Shown: piece after piece, positions 61,388 through 64,000 of the stretch
How the letters are laid out: each line of letters opens with the position of its first letter
Numbering within the stretch: the stretch's first letter is position 1
Source: Hyalangium minutum
GTDB lineage: Bacteria; Myxococcota; Myxococcia; Myxococcales; Myxococcaceae
DNA: 64,000 nucleotides
Direction of reading: 5' to 3'
Assembly (NCBI RefSeq): GCF_000737315.1
Contig: NZ_JMCB01000008.1
Span: forward strand, 248,001 to 312,000
Notes under the pieces: generated by a model
What the model was told of the DNA's origin: nothing
The model's input: the letters and a program-made list of their open reading frames with translations, nothing else
The model's database searches: none
Position numbers and translations under genes: made by a program

Positions 61388-61765
61388 GTGCCGAAGGTCC
61401 ACTTCAAGAGCCCCCTGGACGACGTCACCGTGGAGGTGAAGTCCGGGGCCACCCTGCTGGAGGCCGCCGAGCAGGGCGGCGCTCACGTGGGACATAGCTG
61501 TGGCGGGGTGTGCGGGTGCTCCACGTGCCACGTGTGGATTCGGAAGGGGCTGGATTCACTCTCCGAGCAGTCGGACCCAGAAATGGACCGGCTGGACATG
61601 GGGTTCGACGTGCGCCCCTACTCCCGGCTGAGCTGCCAGACAGAGGTGGGCTCGGAGGACATCCAGGTGGAGATCACCGAGGAGTCCCTCACCGCGTACA
61701 TGGATGAGAACCCCGCTCTTCGGCACCAGCTGGAGGCGGCGGGGAAATGGCCGCTGAAGAAGTGA
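61388..61765 (+). CDS. fdx: 2Fe-2S ferredoxin
   Basis: HSCGGVCGCSTCH, RLSCQ. Confidence 0.93.
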   Translation: MPKVHFKSPLDDVTVEVKSGATLLEAAEQGGAHVGHSCGGVCGCSTCHVWIRKGLDSLSEQSDPEMDRLDMGFDVRPYSRLSCQTEVGSEDIQVEITEESLTAYMDENPALRHQLEAAGKWPLKK

Positions 61766-61842
61766 TGTTGGAGGAGTCGGTTCCGCTTGACGGGGGCGCG
61801 CCGGTTCCCTATATGTCCGCCCCCACAAGCGACGCCCCACCT

Positions 61843-61926
61843 GCCCAGGTGGTGGAATTGGTAGACACACTAGATTCAGGGTCTAGCGCCTGCAAGGGCA
61901 TGGAGGTTCGAGTCCTCTCCTGGGCA
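61843..61926 (+). tRNA. tRNA-Leu (anticodon CAG)
   Basis: GCCCAGG/CCTGGGC acceptor stem, ctaga-TTCAGGG-tctag anticodon arm, long variable arm, GGTTCGAGTCC T-arm; CCA not encoded. Confidence 0.95.
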
Positions 61927-61930
61927 CACG

Positions 61931-61968
61931 AAGGGCCCCGGCTTCATCGCCGGGGCCCTTTTTCTTTT
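61931..61968 (+). terminator. Rho-independent terminator
   Basis: aagggccccggc-ttcatc-gccggggccctt followed by a T-rich run. Confidence 0.8.
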
Positions 61969-63068
61969 CACGGGGCCACGGGCTCCACGGCGTCGTGGGC
62001 CACGTGGTGGGCGGCCTCGCGGGCCAGACTGCCACCGCGCCGCAGGTCCTTCAGGCGCAGCTTGCGCTGGTGGACGGAGATGGCGCCCACGGTGACTTGG
62101 CTGAAGACCGTGCCCAGGTGGGTCAGCGCGGAGAACGCGGCCGCATCCGCCTCCGAGGCCCCCAGGCTCCGGGCGGCCCAGCTCGTGACGAAGTAGTAGA
62201 GCCCCAGGCCTGCGGGCACTCCCGGCAAGGACTGCCCAAGCGCGATGGCTCCCAGGACGACCGCTCCGGCGAAGAGGCCTCCGGGGATGCCCAGGCCGTG
62301 CAGCGCCATGCCGTAGCCGATGGCGGGCGCCAGGACAGGCCCCACGGAGTAGAGCAACGCTACCGCCGTGCCCCGGAAGCTCCGAGCGGTGCTGAGTCCC
62401 TCGGCCAGGTGCAGAAGCAGGCCCTGCAGGCGGGGCAGTTGGTGCCGGCGGTGCAAGGCGTGGGCGAGCGGCCGTGAGTAGTGGGCCAGCAACACCACCA
62501 GCGCGACCAGGCCGATGCACAGGGACACGGCCACCTTCAGGGCTCCGGCGAATTGGGCCATCGTCTTCCCGAAAGGCCCCAAGAAGGACAGGGCCACGAG
62601 CAGCATCAGCGCGGCGAACTCCAGCAGCTTGCAGACGGCCACGGAGCCCAGGCTCTGCAGGAAGGGCAGCTGCTGGGTCCGGGAGAGCAGGAACGAGCGG
62701 ATGATGTCACCCAGCTTCCCGGGCAGCGCGTTGTGCGTGAAAGCGCCGATGGCCACCAGGTGGTAGCGCTCCTTGAAGGGCACCTTGCGCTGGAGCGTCT
62801 GCTGCCACTGGAGCGCGCGCAGCGGGATGATTGAGGCGGACAGCAGCATGAACGGGATGAGCCACACCATGTGGCCCGGCAGCTCGCGGAAGAACTCCCG
62901 AAGCGGGAACCGGGGCACCAGCAGCGGGCCCTCCCCGCGCAGGTTCCAGTGGAAGAAGGCCGTGGAGATCAGGACCGCGGAGACCCCCACGCCCACCACG
63001 CCCAGCAGCACGTTGAGGACCGCCCCACCCCGCTCCCCCCGCTGCCCCCAGGTCCGGGTCTCAGGCAC
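61968..63068 (-). CDS. Lysylphosphatidylglycerol synthase TM-domain (flippase-like) protein
   Basis: RALQWQ, NALPGKLGDIIR, LPGVPAGLG; multiple TM helices. Confidence 0.8.
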   Translation of the reverse strand: MPETRTWGQRGERGGAVLNVLLGVVGVGVSAVLISTAFFHWNLRGEGPLLVPRFPLREFFRELPGHMVWLIPFMLLSASIIPLRALQWQQTLQRKVPFKERYHLVAIGAFTHNALPGKLGDIIRSFLLSRTQQLPFLQSLGSVAVCKLLEFAALMLLVALSFLGPFGKTMAQFAGALKVAVSLCIGLVALVVLLAHYSRPLAHALHRRHQLPRLQGLLLHLAEGLSTARSFRGTAVALLYSVGPVLAPAIGYGMALHGLGIPGGLFAGAVVLGAIALGQSLPGVPAGLGLYYFVTSWAARSLGASEADAAAFSALTHLGTVFSQVTVGAISVHQRKLRLKDLRRGGSLAREAAHHVAHDAVEPVAP

Positions 63069-64000
63069 GGTATGCCTCCGAGAGGCGCTGGTGCAGGCGC
63101 ACGCAGTGGCTCAGTCCAGAGAGATCCACGGGCGCCTCGCTTGGCCAGCAGATCGTACTGCACGTCTCCGTGCGGGTGAGCCCGCCATGCGAGCCGAACT
63201 CCCAGGCGAAGCCCACGGTGGCCCCCGGCTCCACCGCCTCGCCGAAGAGCACCATGTCTCCGGCGGTACGCAGGTGCGGCAGCTCGCGCAAGTAGTCGGC
63301 CACGGCGCGCCGGCAGAACTCCCCTGCGAGCGGTGCGTTGGCCACCTCGTCCGGACCGAACACCTGGCCCTTCACCAGCGCCACCGCCGAGTTCCCTCGC
63401 CTCAGCGCCACAATCCCGATGTCCGGGTGCCGCGAGGCCCGGGCGAGCACCTCCCGGTGGTGGGCCACCAGCTCGGCGGCCTCGAGCGGCGTGTGCTCGC
63501 GCGTGAGGTAGACGTGCGCGAAGTTTCCGCACTCCATGACCACGGGCGAGTCCGTTCCCCGGGGTGCTCTCGCGGCGCCCGGCGCGCGCCCATCCAGCAG
63601 CCCACGCTCCACATCCGCAGCCAGGGGCACCGGCGCTCCCCGGAGGAGCATGTCCTCCAGGTGCTGGCCCTGGCGCTTCTCGAACGGGAGGCTGCCCACG
63701 TGGCCGTGGTCGGTGAGGAGGACGACGTCGTAGGGGTGCTCGACGGCGCGGCCCATGGCGTACAGCTCGGCCAGGTAGGCGTCGACACGGTGCAGCTCCG
63801 CGATGGCCTGCGCGGAGCGAGGGCCGCGCCGGTGCGCCACCTCATCGAAGTTGCCGAAGACGAGGTAGATGGCAGGCACGCCCCGCACCATGTCCACGAG
63901 CGCCTTGGTGTGCGCGAAGCTCCAGCCCAGCCGCTGCAGCATGACCCGGCTGAGGAGGAAGCCATGCTCGTGGCGCCAGTCGCCCAGGGCTCGAGCCCAC
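63061..64000 (-). CDS. Alkaline phosphatase/phosphodiesterase-superfamily protein (5' end outside the window)
   Basis: FDEVAHRRGP, LLTDHGH, GSHGG motifs; frame open to the window end. Confidence 0.75.
   Translation of the reverse strand, partial: WARALGDWRHEHGFLLSRVMLQRLGWSFAHTKALVDMVRGVPAIYLVFGNFDEVAHRRGPRSAQAIAELHRVDAYLAELYAMGRAVEHPYDVVLLTDHGHVGSLPFEKRQGQHLEDMLLRGAPVPLAADVERGLLDGRAPGAARAPRGTDSPVVMECGNFAHVYLTREHTPLEAAELVAHHREVLARASRHPDIGIVALRRGNSAVALVKGQVFGPDEVANAPLAGEFCRRAVADYLRELPHLRTAGDMVLFGEAVEPGATVGFAWEFGSHGGLTRTETCSTICWPSEAPVDLSGLSHCVRLHQRLSEAYRA

Noticed and set aside
61843-61926. tRNA-Leu as an integration site
   Set aside because: No second copy of its 3' end and no integrase seen in the window

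Overview
High-GC myxobacterial chromosome segment (inferred from Sit-type toxins, myxobacterial Ser/Thr kinases and sigma54 regulators). Core genes: ruvB (partial), ileS, ruvA/ruvC/yebC, frmA/fghA, rtcA/rtcB/rtcR, iscS-iscU-iscA-hscB-hscA-fdx and tRNA-Leu(CAG). Accessory patches lie between them: (1) a 4.6-kb island bounded by a 46-bp direct repeat of the rtcA 3' end whose 5 mismatches are all synonymous, carrying a lipoprotein, a Ser/Thr kinase and an AHH toxin/Imm11 pair; (2) a translationally coupled UvrD-like helicase plus Fe-S PD-(D/E)XK nuclease pair beside an IS630 relic, the best candidate for an undescribed defence system; (3) a broken JAB-like lipoprotein followed by two paralogous exported proteins flanking an FHA-J-domain gene; (4) a small Cys-rich exported protein plus DUF6968-like gene and an orphan double-CXXCG immunity gene. 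Two short palindromic tandem-repeat clusters, two near-identical sigma54 promoters and an Rrf2-type operator candidate are also visible. No CRISPR array was found. Family names come from motif recognition only; no database search was run.
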